64,000 bases of DNA, taken from NCBI GenBank assembly GCA_047285535.1, contig JBJBDC010000001.1, positions 544,136 through 608,135 on the forward strand, written 5' to 3'. The notes under the pieces were generated by a model that searched no databases, was not told where the DNA came from, and was given only the letters and a program-made list of their open reading frames with translations. This DNA comes from Synechococcus sp. Its GTDB lineage: Bacteria; Cyanobacteriota; Cyanobacteriia; PCC-6307; Cyanobiaceae. Every line of letters begins with the position of its first letter. Position 1 is the stretch's first letter. The position numbers were made by a program, and so were the translations under genes. Positions 18,774 through 29,255 of the stretch are shown in pieces.

Positions 18774-20636
18774 GTGAGTTCAGGTCCGGCAGATCGTGAA
18801 AACCTCGTCTCCCAGGCATCTGGGAACGATTCTAAGGACAGGCTTTTCAGTCCCTTCGCTCGGTTCAAGTCGGATCCACCGCCGAGTTACAGCGAGTTGT
18901 TGACTCAAATTTCAGGTGGAAAAGTCAAGGATTTGCAGTTGGTTCCTGGCCGGCGAGAGGTCATTGTTGAGTACGAAGATGGAAGTAAAACATCTGTTTC
19001 AACTCTGGCCAATGATCAATTGATTTTGCGTACGGCCGAAGCTGCTGGGGTACCGCTGACGGTCAAAGATGTTCGTCAGGAAGAAGCCTTAGCAGGCTTA
19101 GCAGGAAATCTTGCCCTGATCGCGTTGATCGTGATCGGTCTCTCATTTCTTCTCCGACGATCGGCCCAGGTTGCCAACAAAGCGATGGGCTTTGGACGTA
19201 CCAAAGCGCGGATCCGCCCCGAAGACGAAATATCGGTTCGATTCGAGGATGTGGCAGGGATCAGCGAAGCTAAGGAAGAACTTCAAGAGGTCGTGACATT
19301 CCTAAAACAGCCAGAAAGCTTTATTCGTCTTGGAGCGCGCATTCCACGAGGTGTTCTATTGGTAGGCCCTCCTGGAACAGGAAAAACTCTTCTTGCTAAG
19401 GCCATAGCGGGAGAGGCTGGAGTCCCTTTTTTCTCTATTGCAGCCTCTGAGTTTGTAGAACTCTTTGTTGGTGTAGGTGCTAGTCGCGTTCGTGATTTGT
19501 TTCGCAAAGCAAAAGAGAAATCCCCTTGCATCATTTTCATCGATGAAATTGATGCCGTTGGCCGTCAACGTGGAGCAGGAATCGGGGGCGGAAATGATGA
19601 AAGAGAGCAGACGCTGAACCAACTGCTGACAGAAATGGATGGTTTTGCAGATAATTCTGGTGTCATTCTTCTTGCAGCAACCAACAGGGCTGATGTGTTG
19701 GATACGGCCTTGATGAGACCAGGTCGTTTTGATCGACGCATTCATGTCGATCTCCCCGATCGTAAAGGTCGTGAGGCAATCCTCTCAGTCCATGCCCGTA
19801 GTCGTCCGCTTTCAGATGAAGTGTCTCTTGAAGATTGGGCTCTTCGGACTCCAGGTTTCTCTGGTGCAGACCTGGCCAATCTCATCAATGAAGCGGCCAT
19901 CCTTACCGCTCGAAATGAGCGCTCATTTTTAGGTAATACGGAACTAGAAGCAGCCCTAGAACGCATCACCATGGGATTATCTGCGTCTCCCCTGCAAGAC
20001 AGCGCGAAAAAACGTTTAATCGCTTATCACGAAGTAGGACATGCCTTGGTTGCTGCTCATACTGCTCACGCGGATCCTGTTGATAAGGTGACGTTGCTCC
20101 CACGTAGTGGAGGAGTGGGTGGATTTACTCGTTTCTTTCCAGATGAGGAAGTGATTGATTCCGGCCTTGTGAGCAAGGCCTACCTGAGGGCCCGTCTTGT
20201 CATGGCGCTTGGTGGGCGGGCCGCAGAAATGGTGGTGTTCGGGCCTGGTGAAATCACGCAGGGCGCTAGTGGAGACCTGCAGATGGTGTCTCATCTCGCT
20301 AGAGAAATGGTGACTCGCTTTGGTTTCTCTTCCTTGGGTCCCGTTGCACTGGAAGGTGGAGATCAGGAGGTGTTTCTTGGCAGAGATTTGGTTCATACGC
20401 GCCCTTCATATGCTGAAAGTACAGGTAAAGCAATAGATCACTGTGTTCGCCAATTGGCTACACAAGCTCTTCAGGAGGCAATCATGTTGTTGGAACCTCG
20501 TCGAGAAGTCATGGATCTTCTTGTTGAGGCTTTGATTTCTGATGAAACGCTCCCAAGTGAGCGCTTCTATGAATTGGCTGGTCTTGACCACCCGAACAAA
20601 AAAGCCGCTCTTGCACAAGAGGCTGCCAAGACTTGA
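18774..20636 (+). CDS. ftsH: ATP-dependent zinc metalloprotease FtsH (probably the FtsH4 paralogue)
   Basis: Walker [29 protein letters not shown]. Confidence 0.95.
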   Translation: MSSGPADRENLVSQASGNDSKDRLFSPFARFKSDPPPSYSELLTQISGGKVKDLQLVPGRREVIVEYEDGSKTSVSTLANDQLILRTAEAAGVPLTVKDVRQEEALAGLAGNLALIALIVIGLSFLLRRSAQVANKAMGFGRTKARIRPEDEISVRFEDVAGISEAKEELQEVVTFLKQPESFIRLGARIPRGVLLVGPPGTGKTLLAKAIAGEAGVPFFSIAASEFVELFVGVGASRVRDLFRKAKEKSPCIIFIDEIDAVGRQRGAGIGGGNDEREQTLNQLLTEMDGFADNSGVILLAATNRADVLDTALMRPGRFDRRIHVDLPDRKGREAILSVHARSRPLSDEVSLEDWALRTPGFSGADLANLINEAAILTARNERSFLGNTELEAALERITMGLSASPLQDSAKKRLIAYHEVGHALVAAHTAHADPVDKVTLLPRSGGVGGFTRFFPDEEVIDSGLVSKAYLRARLVMALGGRAAEMVVFGPGEITQGASGDLQMVSHLAREMVTRFGFSSLGPVALEGGDQEVFLGRDLVHTRPSYAESTGKAIDHCVRQLATQALQEAIMLLEPRREVMDLLVEALISDETLPSERFYELAGLDHPNKKAALAQEAAKT

Positions 20637-23470
20637 TTCGCGTAAGTTTAGTGGCGCAGACCATGCGCTTCATTGTGCGTTTTGGGGTCTTGTTGATCCC
20701 ATTGATTTGGATTCTCTCCAGGTTGCAGGTTGAGTGGTTTTGGTTTGATCAATTTGATCTTGGATCCGTTTATGGCAAACGGTTATGGCTGCAACTAGCA
20801 GGTGCACTCCTTGCCTTTGTGTTTGTGGGATGTTGTGGCCTTTGGCGACAGTTTTGGCTCCGTCCTGACCGATCCAAAGAGCAAAAGAGAAATCCCGTTC
20901 TAAGTGGCTATCAGTATGGGTTTTGCTTACTGGCATGCCTGCTTGTATTGCTTTTGGTTTTGGCAATTGATACGCGTCTGGCCTGGCTGGCCTGGAGCGA
21001 ACCTTTTGCGTTGTCTTATTGGTGGGGGCTTCCTTTTGAGACTGGTTGGCCCCTGCTGAGTCTTTCGATTCTTGCGCTGACCCTCATTGTGTTCGGCCTT
21101 ACGCGCAGTCGTCGATTGGGCCTTGCTCAGCTTTATGGAAGCGTCTGTTTCTGTTTGGTCGTGGCGCGTAGCTGGGGACTCTGGAGTCTTGCCTTTGCGA
21201 TTCCAACCATGGGCCGAATGGATCCGATGCTTGGGGCTGATGTGAGCTTTGGACTCGGTCGCTTTTCAGCAATCGCGCTCGTTCTTGAATTGGTGCTGTT
21301 GCAGCTTTTGCTCACGCTGAGCACAGCTCTGTGGAGTCGATTAACACGTTCAAAGTGTCTCTCTGATTGGGTATTCCCAGGGTTAAGTCAGCGCGAACGT
21401 CATGGTCTCAGACCAGGATTTGCCTTTGTACTAATTATCTGTTCTGGCCTTATGTGGCTTTCAAGGCACCAGTTACTTTGGACTCAAAGTGGAATCGTCG
21501 CAGGTGCTGGATGGCTTGATGTTTATTTGCTTCTTCCTTTGCGCTCTGTAAGTGCAATCGCCCTTTTGGTCTTGGCAATTATTGTTTTACCAACTCCACT
21601 CTCCATTAATCGACGACGTCAGTTGAGGCTCATTCTTGCCTCTATTGCTTTCTTGTGTTTTGGATTGGAGTTAGTGATGCTCCCTTTGCTGCATTGGCTT
21701 GTGGTGCGGCCACGAGAATTGCAACTCGAAAGTCCTTTCATCAGTCGAGCGATTGAAGCCACACGCCATGCATATCAACTGGATGGAATTACCACCAGAA
21801 GAATCGATCCCTCTCCCCGTTTAAGTGCTGAAGATCTTGAGGAAGGGGCTAGCACTTTACGTAATATTAGGTTGTGGGATAGTCAACCCCTTCTTGCAAC
21901 AAATAGACAGCTTCAACAGCTCAGAGTCTATTACAGATTTAGCAACGCTGCTGTCGATCGCTATCCGTTGCGTCCTGATCTACTTGAGCGCCAACAAGTT
22001 ATTCTTGCAGCCCGTGAATTAGATCAGACAGCACTGCCAAAGCGTTCGCGAACCTGGCAAAATAGACATTTTGTTTTTACTCATGGTTTTGGTTTCACAT
22101 TAAGTCCAGTGAATTCCAGAGCTTCTGATGGACTACCTGATTACTTTATTAGTGATTTAGGACGTTCTACACGCATTGATGGCAATGATTCACTAGGAAT
22201 CAGTCGTGACGATGTCAAAAAAAATGTGCCAATAGGAAGAGCTGCACTTTACTTTGGCGTTCTCCCATCTCCTTATGCAGTAACTCCTACACAGATTGAA
22301 GAATTTAATTATCCTGAGGGAGATCAAAATACCTATAATCATTATTCTGGCAGGGCTGGTGTTCCTCTGGCCTCTTTGCCACAGCGAATTGCAGCCGCAG
22401 TATATCTTCGTGATCCGAGACTGCTGAACACAGGTGTTTTGAAGCCTGATTCACGTTTATTGCTTCGCCGTGATGTAAAAAAGCGAGTGAAAGCCCTTGC
22501 GCCTTTTTTACAGATCAAGGGCGATCCTTATCTTGTTTCAGTTCCGATGGAATCTAATAACAAACTGTTTGAATCGTCTCAGCATCAGTATTGGATAGTT
22601 GATGGTTATACTGGTTCCAATACTTATCCTTATGCATCCACGCTTCCAAATGGGGAAGAGTTGCGCTATGTACGCAATTCAGTAAAGGCAATTATTGATG
22701 CCTATAACGGCACTGTTGTTCTTTATATCAGTGAACCCAATGATCCAATGATACTTGGTTGGCAAAAGATTTTCCCTGAACTGTTTCATCCCTTGGAGTC
22801 AATGCCTCAGTCATTGCGTCAGCACCTGATGGTTCCTAGCGCTTTATTTGAACTTCAAGTGCAACAATTGCTGCGTTATCATGTTACTGATCCTAGGATT
22901 TTTTATAGCGGAGATGATATTTGGCAAGTTCCCGAAGAACTCTATGGCAAGACTCAAATTCCAGTGGCTCCTTATCATATTACTGCACAAGTAAAGCCCA
23001 GTGTTGATTCCGAGTTTTTATTGTTACAGCCTCTAACTCCTCTGGCTCGTCCTAATCTTTCTGGTTGGTTAGCTGCCAGAAATGATGGAGATCATTATGG
23101 GGAGCTCATTTTGTTGCGATTTCCCAGTGATGTCCCAATCTTTGGCCCTGAGCAAATTCAAGCACTGATCAATCAGAATCCGTCGATTAGTCAAGAATTT
23201 GGTCTATGGGATCGTGCAGGCTCTCAGGTTGTGCAAGGGAATCTATTGGTGCTACCGCTTGGTAATTCTCTTCTTTACGTTGAGCCAATTTACTTAAGAG
23301 CTCGTCGCGGTGGCCTCCCGACCCTTACTCGCGTTGTTGTAAGTGACGGTAGTCGAGTCGCCATGGCTAAGGATTTGCGCACTGGGCTTGAAGCTCTTCT
23401 CCAGGGGAGTGGATCCAAGGACGTGGTTGTACAGGAGCTTGATCATGCTCCTCAACAAGATCCCCAATAA
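20633..23470 (+). CDS. UPF0182 family membrane protein
   Basis: Multi-TM N-terminus; NIRLWD, QLQQLRVYYRF, FTHGFG, YVRNSVKA, YHVTDP, LLYVEPIY; start uncertain. Confidence 0.9.
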   Translation: MIRVSLVAQTMRFIVRFGVLLIPLIWILSRLQVEWFWFDQFDLGSVYGKRLWLQLAGALLAFVFVGCCGLWRQFWLRPDRSKEQKRNPVLSGYQYGFCLLACLLVLLLVLAIDTRLAWLAWSEPFALSYWWGLPFETGWPLLSLSILALTLIVFGLTRSRRLGLAQLYGSVCFCLVVARSWGLWSLAFAIPTMGRMDPMLGADVSFGLGRFSAIALVLELVLLQLLLTLSTALWSRLTRSKCLSDWVFPGLSQRERHGLRPGFAFVLIICSGLMWLSRHQLLWTQSGIVAGAGWLDVYLLLPLRSVSAIALLVLAIIVLPTPLSINRRRQLRLILASIAFLCFGLELVMLPLLHWLVVRPRELQLESPFISRAIEATRHAYQLDGITTRRIDPSPRLSAEDLEEGASTLRNIRLWDSQPLLATNRQLQQLRVYYRFSNAAVDRYPLRPDLLERQQVILAARELDQTALPKRSRTWQNRHFVFTHGFGFTLSPVNSRASDGLPDYFISDLGRSTRIDGNDSLGISRDDVKKNVPIGRAALYFGVLPSPYAVTPTQIEEFNYPEGDQNTYNHYSGRAGVPLASLPQRIAAAVYLRDPRLLNTGVLKPDSRLLLRRDVKKRVKALAPFLQIKGDPYLVSVPMESNNKLFESSQHQYWIVDGYTGSNTYPYASTLPNGEELRYVRNSVKAIIDAYNGTVVLYISEPNDPMILGWQKIFPELFHPLESMPQSLRQHLMVPSALFELQVQQLLRYHVTDPRIFYSGDDIWQVPEELYGKTQIPVAPYHITAQVKPSVDSEFLLLQPLTPLARPNLSGWLAARNDGDHYGELILLRFPSDVPIFGPEQIQALINQNPSISQEFGLWDRAGSQVVQGNLLVLPLGNSLLYVEPIYLRARRGGLPTLTRVVVSDGSRVAMAKDLRTGLEALLQGSGSKDVVVQELDHAPQQDPQ

Positions 23471-23474
23471 GCCA

Positions 23475-23500
23475 AAAGCCCACTGTTGACAGTGGGCTTT
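23475..23500. terminator. Hairpin, probably a bidirectional intrinsic terminator between convergent genes
   Basis: AAAGCCCACTG-TTGA-CAGTGGGCTTT, perfect 11-bp stem. Confidence 0.8.
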
Positions 23501-23521
23501 GCTTTCATTTAAAGAGAGTGA

Positions 23522-24124
23522 TTAGTTAATTGCAGCAAAGAACTCTTTGCTGCCCTTAGGATCAGGTTTCATTGTCTTTTCTCCTGGTGTCCAATTTGCA
23601 GGGCAGACTTCGTCTGGATTGGACTGCACATACTGGAATGCCTGCAAAACTCTCAGGGTTTCGTCAACATTTCTGCCAACAGGCAGGTTGTTGATTGTGG
23701 CGTGCATAATCACCCCCTCGGGATCAATGATGAACAAACCACGAAGTGCAACACCTTCGTTGTCGTCAAGCACGTTGTATGCAGTGGAAATCTCTTTTTT
23801 CAGGTCTGAAACGAGAGGATAATTAATATCGCCGATACCACCTTGATTTCTCGCCGTTTGAATCCAAGCTAGGTGACTGAATTGACTGTCAACTGAGATG
23901 CCCAGCACTTCTGTGTTCTTACTGGAAAAATCTGCATAGCGATCGCTAAACGCAGTGATTTCAGTTGGACAAACGAAAGTGAAGTCCAAAGGATAGAAAA
24001 AGAGCACCACATACTTGCCGCGGTACTGCGATAAACTTATTTCCTTGAATTCCTGATCAACTACAGCAGTAGCAGTGAAATCGGGGGCCTGTTGGCCCAC
24101 GCGGAGGCAACCGTTGTCGGTCAT
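23522..24124 (-). CDS. 2-Cys peroxiredoxin (AhpC/TSA)
   Basis: [14 protein letters not shown] and EVCPANW. Confidence 0.96.
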   Translation of the reverse strand: MTDNGCLRVGQQAPDFTATAVVDQEFKEISLSQYRGKYVVLFFYPLDFTFVCPTEITAFSDRYADFSSKNTEVLGISVDSQFSHLAWIQTARNQGGIGDINYPLVSDLKKEISTAYNVLDDNEGVALRGLFIIDPEGVIMHATINNLPVGRNVDETLRVLQAFQYVQSNPDEVCPANWTPGEKTMKPDPKGSKEFFAAIN

Positions 24125-24282
24125 GATGAAGGTGCGGTGGTTATGTGACGGAAGCTGGAGACCAGACTCATTCCAAAGTCAGTCCGACTTCAAGTTACAT
24201 CCCTTAATTTATCACGTTTATGAGCTTCTCTGTATGGAGCTGAGCCTAGGCAAGCATTCTGCTGATGAGGTTATAAAATGAA

Positions 24283-24579
24283 TTGATGAATGATCAACCA
24301 ATGTCTTGGGATCAGGCTTTGCTTCGCAAATTCAGCAGTACTGGTCACTTCCGACTCTTGAACCAAGTACGCAGCGAACTTAAAAGCCAGCCTCTCAATC
24401 GAAACACTCAGACACGGAAGCTCACCCTGCAGGCAAGGCCCCATCACGGACAATCTGTTCGACAGCAACGACGACCCAATCCAGTCCCTGAAGATCAACC
24501 AATCTTCACTCCTGCTGAGACCATAAAAGATACTCCTAAGTCATTCAGAGAGCGACTCAATGCCATAGAGATGCGGTAA
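24283..24579 (+). CDS. Conserved hypothetical protein
   Basis: SWDQALLRKFSSTGHFRLLNQVRSEL; fills gap divergent from the peroxiredoxin. Confidence 0.65.
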   Translation: MMNDQPMSWDQALLRKFSSTGHFRLLNQVRSELKSQPLNRNTQTRKLTLQARPHHGQSVRQQRRPNPVPEDQPIFTPAETIKDTPKSFRERLNAIEMR

Positions 24580-24619
24580 CGAATAAACCGCTGAATCACA
24601 ATTAAAGCCTTCTATTCAA

Positions 24620-24693
24620 TGGCTCGGGGGAGACTTGAACTCCCGACCTTGGGGTTATGAATCCCACGCTCTAACCGGCTGAGCTACCGAGCC
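24620..24693 (-). tRNA. tRNA-Met (CAT), elongator type; CCA not encoded
   Basis: Reverse complement GGCTCGG-TA-GCTCAGCCGGTTAGAGC-G-TGGGA-TTCATAA-CCCCA-AGGTC-GGGAG-TTCAAGT-CTCCC-CCGAGCC-A; G1:C72 paired, so not initiator. Confidence 0.93.
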
Positions 24694-24728
24694 ATGACTC
24701 CTGTATTTTAGACGATCACCTGACAGCG

Positions 24729-25760
24729 TCAGGCTCGACCTCTGGGAGGAAGTTGTGCCATTGGATCCATTGCTGAACCACCATGCTGACGAATTTCAAA
24801 ATGGAGATGTGGTCCAGTACTTCTTCCGGTGCTTCCCATCAGTGAAATCTTTGCTCCTTGAGGAATCAGTTGTCCCTTGCGAACTAAGAGACGACTGTTA
24901 TGGGCATAACGTGTAGATGAACCATCAGAGTGAGTTAATTCAACTAGGTAGCCATATCCACTACTCCATCCAGAAAATTTAACGACGCCATCTCTGGAGG
25001 CAACGATTGGTGTGCCGACGTTGTTTGCAATGTCAATGCCTTTGTGCATACGACCCCATCTCCAGCCAAAGCCTGAGGTGAATACCCCTTTGGTTGGCCA
25101 GATAAAAGTCTGCTGATGGTGTTGATCATACGATCCTTCTGGTAACTGAGGCAGTGATGGCCAGCTTGATCCACCAGAACGTGTTGGACGAATAGCCAAA
25201 AGAGCACGTGGAGAGGCTTTAGCGATCCGGACCTCACTTCCCACAACCAACCGAGCTAGGTTCAATCCCGGGTTGAGGGATCTGATTTCACTCACGGTGA
25301 GACCATGATCCTTCGCGAAAGTGGCTAAGGACTGGTTGGATTTGATGCGAACAACTGGTTTGGGAGGGGGGGGAGTGTTTAGTGGTGCCGAGCGAAGAAT
25401 GTTGTCCGCATCTAACTGACTTGAACTTGCAAGTTTGTGCTCAGCATCAGAAGGCAAAACGATCCAGGAACCAGCCTGTATCCGCTCAGAAGCAGTTTGG
25501 TCGTTAAGTGTTAGTAAGTCAGTTGAGGACAGCCCAAGATCTGCGGCTATACCTTGAAGAGTGCTGGATTTAGTAGTTCTGATCCAAAAACGATTTTGCG
25601 TCGTTGGAGCAGATGCCAAAAGAACTGGTTGTTGCGCGTGATCTCCATCTGCAAAACCAGGATGCTGAGAGAGGACAGATAATGACGTTCCCGAAACGAA
25701 TGCCGTAACTAGAACGAAAAGTGGCTTCATCTGATTCAGCGATGGAGAACGCTCCTGCAT
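24729..25760 (-). CDS. LysM + M23 peptidase (NlpD-like)
   Basis: Signal-like N-terminus, LysM-like repeats, HKGID and TGPHLHFEI. Confidence 0.9.
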   Translation of the reverse strand: MQERSPSLNQMKPLFVLVTAFVSGTSLSVLSQHPGFADGDHAQQPVLLASAPTTQNRFWIRTTKSSTLQGIAADLGLSSTDLLTLNDQTASERIQAGSWIVLPSDAEHKLASSSQLDADNILRSAPLNTPPPPKPVVRIKSNQSLATFAKDHGLTVSEIRSLNPGLNLARLVVGSEVRIAKASPRALLAIRPTRSGGSSWPSLPQLPEGSYDQHHQQTFIWPTKGVFTSGFGWRWGRMHKGIDIANNVGTPIVASRDGVVKFSGWSSGYGYLVELTHSDGSSTRYAHNSRLLVRKGQLIPQGAKISLMGSTGRSTGPHLHFEIRQHGGSAMDPMAQLPPRGRA

Positions 25761-25839
25761 AAGCCACCAGAGCTCAGGAACTGGCCGAAGGTAGCGGGTG
25801 TAAGTCGGCTGCGCAAGAGCTCAAGTGTCAGCTTGATAA

Positions 25840-26355
25840 TCACCACAGCTTGAGTTGTAAGCCGGCCTGGTGGCTAACGATTGCACAAGCCACAGAAAGA
25901 TTGAGACTTCGAACTCCTCCTTGGCCATCCTTATTGGCACTACAAGGCATGGGAATTGTGGTGATCTCCGTACAGCGATGTCTTGTGGCTTCTGATAGAC
26001 CAGTGTCTTCACGACCAAACAACAGAACATCTCCATGTTCAAAATGCATCTTTTGCAAGGAGATACCTCCTCTGCGACTGCAGCCAATGACTCTAAAGGG
26101 TGGAGATAACACATCCAAATAGTCGTCAAAATTTCTGTGGATGTTAATATCAACATGAGGCCAATAATCAAGGCCAGCCCTTTTTAAATAACGATCTTCT
26201 AGGCTAAATCCCAGAGGTTCGATTAAGTCAAGTGGCAAGCCAAAGGCAGCGCATGTACGAGCAATATTTCCAGTATTTGGAGGTATTTGAGGTTCTAATA
26301 AAGCAACTCTCAGGGGTTTATTTTCTAAAGATTGATTCGCTTGGAGGTATTTCAC
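25840..26355 (-). CDS. trmL: tRNA (cytidine34-2'-O)-methyltransferase, SpoU family
   Basis: EPQIPPNTGNIARTC, RAGLDYW, FGREDTGL, RSLNLS. Confidence 0.92.
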   Translation of the reverse strand: MKYLQANQSLENKPLRVALLEPQIPPNTGNIARTCAAFGLPLDLIEPLGFSLEDRYLKRAGLDYWPHVDINIHRNFDDYLDVLSPPFRVIGCSRRGGISLQKMHFEHGDVLLFGREDTGLSEATRHRCTEITTIPMPCSANKDGQGGVRSLNLSVACAIVSHQAGLQLKLW

Positions 26356-26933
26356 GGAACAAGAATGCCGAGTTGCGTTAGGTTTAAGGCTCTACCTTGG
26401 AGAACCAACCAACTTTGAGTCGCTTGTTGTTCAAGGCGTTGGGCAAGTAATCCTTGGCGATCTCTGAATAATCCACCAACGGCTGTAGCTGGAACAACAC
26501 CCCAACCTGTTTCCTCCACCACCATTAGGGTTGGGCTTTGTCGTGACAGCAGACTTTGAATTAGCTCCTCTGATTTTTTTTCCCAATCAAGATCAGTGAG
26601 TTCGAGTAGAGCAGCTGTAAATCCACCAAGGGAATCGATCAATAGGGTTTGATTCATCTTTTCATCGCGAATAGCCTTTGAGAGATTTTCCCCGGGTTCA
26701 ACAAGAAGCCAGTGCGAGGGGCGTCGTTCTCGATGCTTTCGTAACCGCGTTTCCCAAGCCAGATCATTGGGGCGAAGTGATGACGTGGCAACATACGTGA
26801 CGTGATTTTGAGTGCTGATTAACTGTTCTGCCCATCGACTTTTGCCTCCACGGCTGGGCCCACTAATAAGGATCAAACCCTTGGGTAACATTGGGAAATT
26901 GGATTCGTCTTGCAAGGCCTTATCCGCCTCCAT
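26352..26933 (-). CDS. cobU: Adenosylcobinamide kinase / phosphate guanylyltransferase
   Basis: SGPSRGGKSRWAE, HRERRPSHW, LIDSL, EETGWGVVP, FRD. Confidence 0.92.
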   Translation of the reverse strand: MEADKALQDESNFPMLPKGLILISGPSRGGKSRWAEQLISTQNHVTYVATSSLRPNDLAWETRLRKHRERRPSHWLLVEPGENLSKAIRDEKMNQTLLIDSLGGFTAALLELTDLDWEKKSEELIQSLLSRQSPTLMVVEETGWGVVPATAVGGLFRDRQGLLAQRLEQQATQSWLVLQGRALNLTQLGILVP

Positions 26934-28068
26934 TCATCCCTCGCAAAGTGGCCACAGAGGAAGGACTGACACGATTGAGATAACGGAAGATCCAATATTT
27001 AAAGATGGTTGCCAAAATCACAGGGAAGGTGGCGATAAATAAAAGAATAAAATTTTCTCTTGCTGGAAATCCGAAGTGATTCGCTATTCCATCTAGAAGA
27101 ACAGTCCAACCCTCTGGACTATGAAATCCAACAAAAATATCTGTAAAAAGAATAATTGCAAATGCTTTCGCTGAATCACTTAATCCGTAAACAGCTTCAT
27201 CGAAAAATCCCCTTAGCACTCTTAACTCATCACGGCTGAACAGACACACAACCACAAAAGCGATCGTGGCTGCAATATCGGCTAAAACATTTTTAACTGC
27301 GTGAGTACTTTCTGCATCGGCATCGTCTTTTAGTTCTTTAGCTTTCGTGGCCAGCTTTTGTTGAAGCTCCTCTTGACTTGGGATAGTGTCACCTCTTAAG
27401 AGTGCATCAAACTCAATTTCTGCTTTGTATACTCTCAATTTTTCCACAGCCTGCTCTTCCAGCTGAGGTTTTGGATAGCTTAAAAATGGTAGATCCGGAG
27501 CAAACCGATCCACTGCAGGGCTAATGATATATGTACGACTCACTTGTTGTACCAATAGTGGCACCAGAATAAGTAGTAAAAGTACCTTTAAGGAGATCAG
27601 GGTTGAATCTCTACGTCTCCTAAAGCCAGCCACGAGAGTGGCTTCACCTGTCGGATTGAGTTGCCTGCGAACTTTGTCAAAAACTCCAAGCAATGATCGG
27701 GGCAAAGGATCAGGTGCGCGTGTCATGCTCGGAGCGGATCCAATCCTCTTTGGGCTATAACGACTAACCACACTTTCAATCAGCTGCAGCTGTCGCAGCT
27801 CTTGGGGATCGAGCTGAGCTCGTTGATATTCAATTTGATCTAGTGATGATCGACAAACACCAATGGCAACTCGAAATTTGCGAAGAACGGTTGCCTGAAC
27901 GGAGCTAGGAACAGAAAGTTCAAGATCCGGACGGATTGGTCGGTCTCCGTAATACTCAAGCTCAAGGCTTTGGATCAAAAGGGCCGCCTCATAACCCCGA
28001 TCAAGATCTGAATTCACATCCAGTGCATTGGATTTCCCAAAGGCTCCAATCCAGTTACGAAATCCCAT
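26920..28068 (-). CDS. pxcA: Proton extrusion protein PxcA (CemA family)
   Basis: LSDSAKAFAIILFTDIFVGFHSPEGW, FPVIL, KYWIFRYLNRVSPS. Confidence 0.93.
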   Translation of the reverse strand: MGFRNWIGAFGKSNALDVNSDLDRGYEAALLIQSLELEYYGDRPIRPDLELSVPSSVQATVLRKFRVAIGVCRSSLDQIEYQRAQLDPQELRQLQLIESVVSRYSPKRIGSAPSMTRAPDPLPRSLLGVFDKVRRQLNPTGEATLVAGFRRRRDSTLISLKVLLLLILVPLLVQQVSRTYIISPAVDRFAPDLPFLSYPKPQLEEQAVEKLRVYKAEIEFDALLRGDTIPSQEELQQKLATKAKELKDDADAESTHAVKNVLADIAATIAFVVVCLFSRDELRVLRGFFDEAVYGLSDSAKAFAIILFTDIFVGFHSPEGWTVLLDGIANHFGFPARENFILLFIATFPVILATIFKYWIFRYLNRVSPSSVATLRGMNGGG

Positions 28069-28074
28069 AGATGC

Positions 28075-28764
28075 TTAGCGGGAGAAAACCCACCAGGTCG
28101 CCATGGGAACAATTGTGCCAACCACCAACAAAACAATCACCCAAGTGAAGGCATTGCTCTCACGAGTTTCCTCCATGGTGGGGACATTGGTTGGGATGCT
28201 GGTGCGATCGATTTCAATAGGTGGGCCAGGATCTTCTCCACCATTCAGTACAACTGCGATGCGTTCAATTCCATTGAGTGAGGCTTGTCGGAATCGATCT
28301 CCATTTCGCATGGGTTGGCTCATCGTGGTCCTACCGGTACTACGAAGTAGAGATTCAGGAAGTTGATCCTTCAGCTGTGCTGAAACGACTACTGCTGCTT
28401 GTTTGTTTTGTGTTTCTTCGAGGAAAAGGATCAGAGGTCGATCACGATCCTGATCATTGTCCGACCAACGCTCCAACAAGGCTTCCCCGAATCCTGTGAG
28501 ACTTAACCCGTAATCCAGGCGCCGCAGAGTGATCACTCTTGCGTCTACTCGAAACGTATCCAATTGCTTCAGTCGACCTTCAATTTCATTGCGACCAGAA
28601 CGACTAAGTACTTCAGCTGCGTCAAGGATGGGGTCCTCAGGAGCTGATGAGGGTAATTCCTGGGGAGCCAGCGCCAACCCATTGGGCACTGCAATTAGAA
28701 GACAGATACAAGTGGCAACAAGTAGCTGTAAAAGTTTGGAAAAGCTCAGCGTCATGAAATTCAT
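28075..28764 (-). CDS. psb32: TPM-domain PSII repair protein Psb32
   Basis: Signal peptide, ITLRRLDYG, DPGPP, C-terminal TM ending VPMATWW. Confidence 0.85.
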   Translation of the reverse strand: MNFMTLSFSKLLQLLVATCICLLIAVPNGLALAPQELPSSAPEDPILDAAEVLSRSGRNEIEGRLKQLDTFRVDARVITLRRLDYGLSLTGFGEALLERWSDNDQDRDRPLILFLEETQNKQAAVVVSAQLKDQLPESLLRSTGRTTMSQPMRNGDRFRQASLNGIERIAVVLNGGEDPGPPIEIDRTSIPTNVPTMEETRESNAFTWVIVLLVVGTIVPMATWWVFSR

Positions 28765-28779
28765 TAGTGCAGTCTGTCG

Positions 28780-29211
28780 TTAGCTGGCGAGGCTGTCGCG
28801 GTTCAAGGCAATGATCGCTTCCATCACGGTCTTCGCTTTGCCCGCCGGTAGATCAACTCTTTGGATCAATTCATCAAGGAACGCTTGTTCTTCGGAGGAA
28901 ACAGTCCGGTCAGCATGGACGAGATGAACAGCAACGGCAAGAGCTGTTTCCTTTTGTTCCTCGGTGAGTTGAGGCAGCGCATCTTGAATCAGTTGGTTTA
29001 AACCATCTTCCCGAAGGCGTTGAAGTAGTGCATCAAACAACAGTGCCATTTCACCTTCGCTTCGCTCCTTGTATGGAGTTCGATATTCGAGCTCTCGTCT
29101 CAACGCATGCGCTTCATCTTTTCCAAGCACTCCATCACAAGCCACAGCCCCCAGCGCGATGGCAGCAAAGGCTTCGGAGTCAGTCATTGGCGTTGGAGTT
29201 TTCTCTACCAT
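28780..29211 (-). CDS. TerB family protein
   Basis: EAFAAIALGAVACDG, LVHADRTVSSEEQAFL. Confidence 0.8.
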   Translation of the reverse strand: MVEKTPTPMTDSEAFAAIALGAVACDGVLGKDEAHALRRELEYRTPYKERSEGEMALLFDALLQRLREDGLNQLIQDALPQLTEEQKETALAVAVHLVHADRTVSSEEQAFLDELIQRVDLPAGKAKTVMEAIIALNRDSLAS

Positions 29212-29255
29212 TTCAGCAAGAGTCAGCCAATCTGACTGCTAGTAGGGCCCAATTC

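Noticed and set aside
24648..24666. A:C mismatch at the base of the tRNA anticodon stem suggesting a pseudo-tRNA
   Set aside because: All other arms pair properly, and from recall a 31:39 mismatch is common in cyanobacterial elongator tRNA-Met
24580..24730. tRNA-Met as an integration site for an island
   Set aside because: No integrase, no duplicated tRNA 3' end spotted, and both flanks are ordinary chromosomal genes
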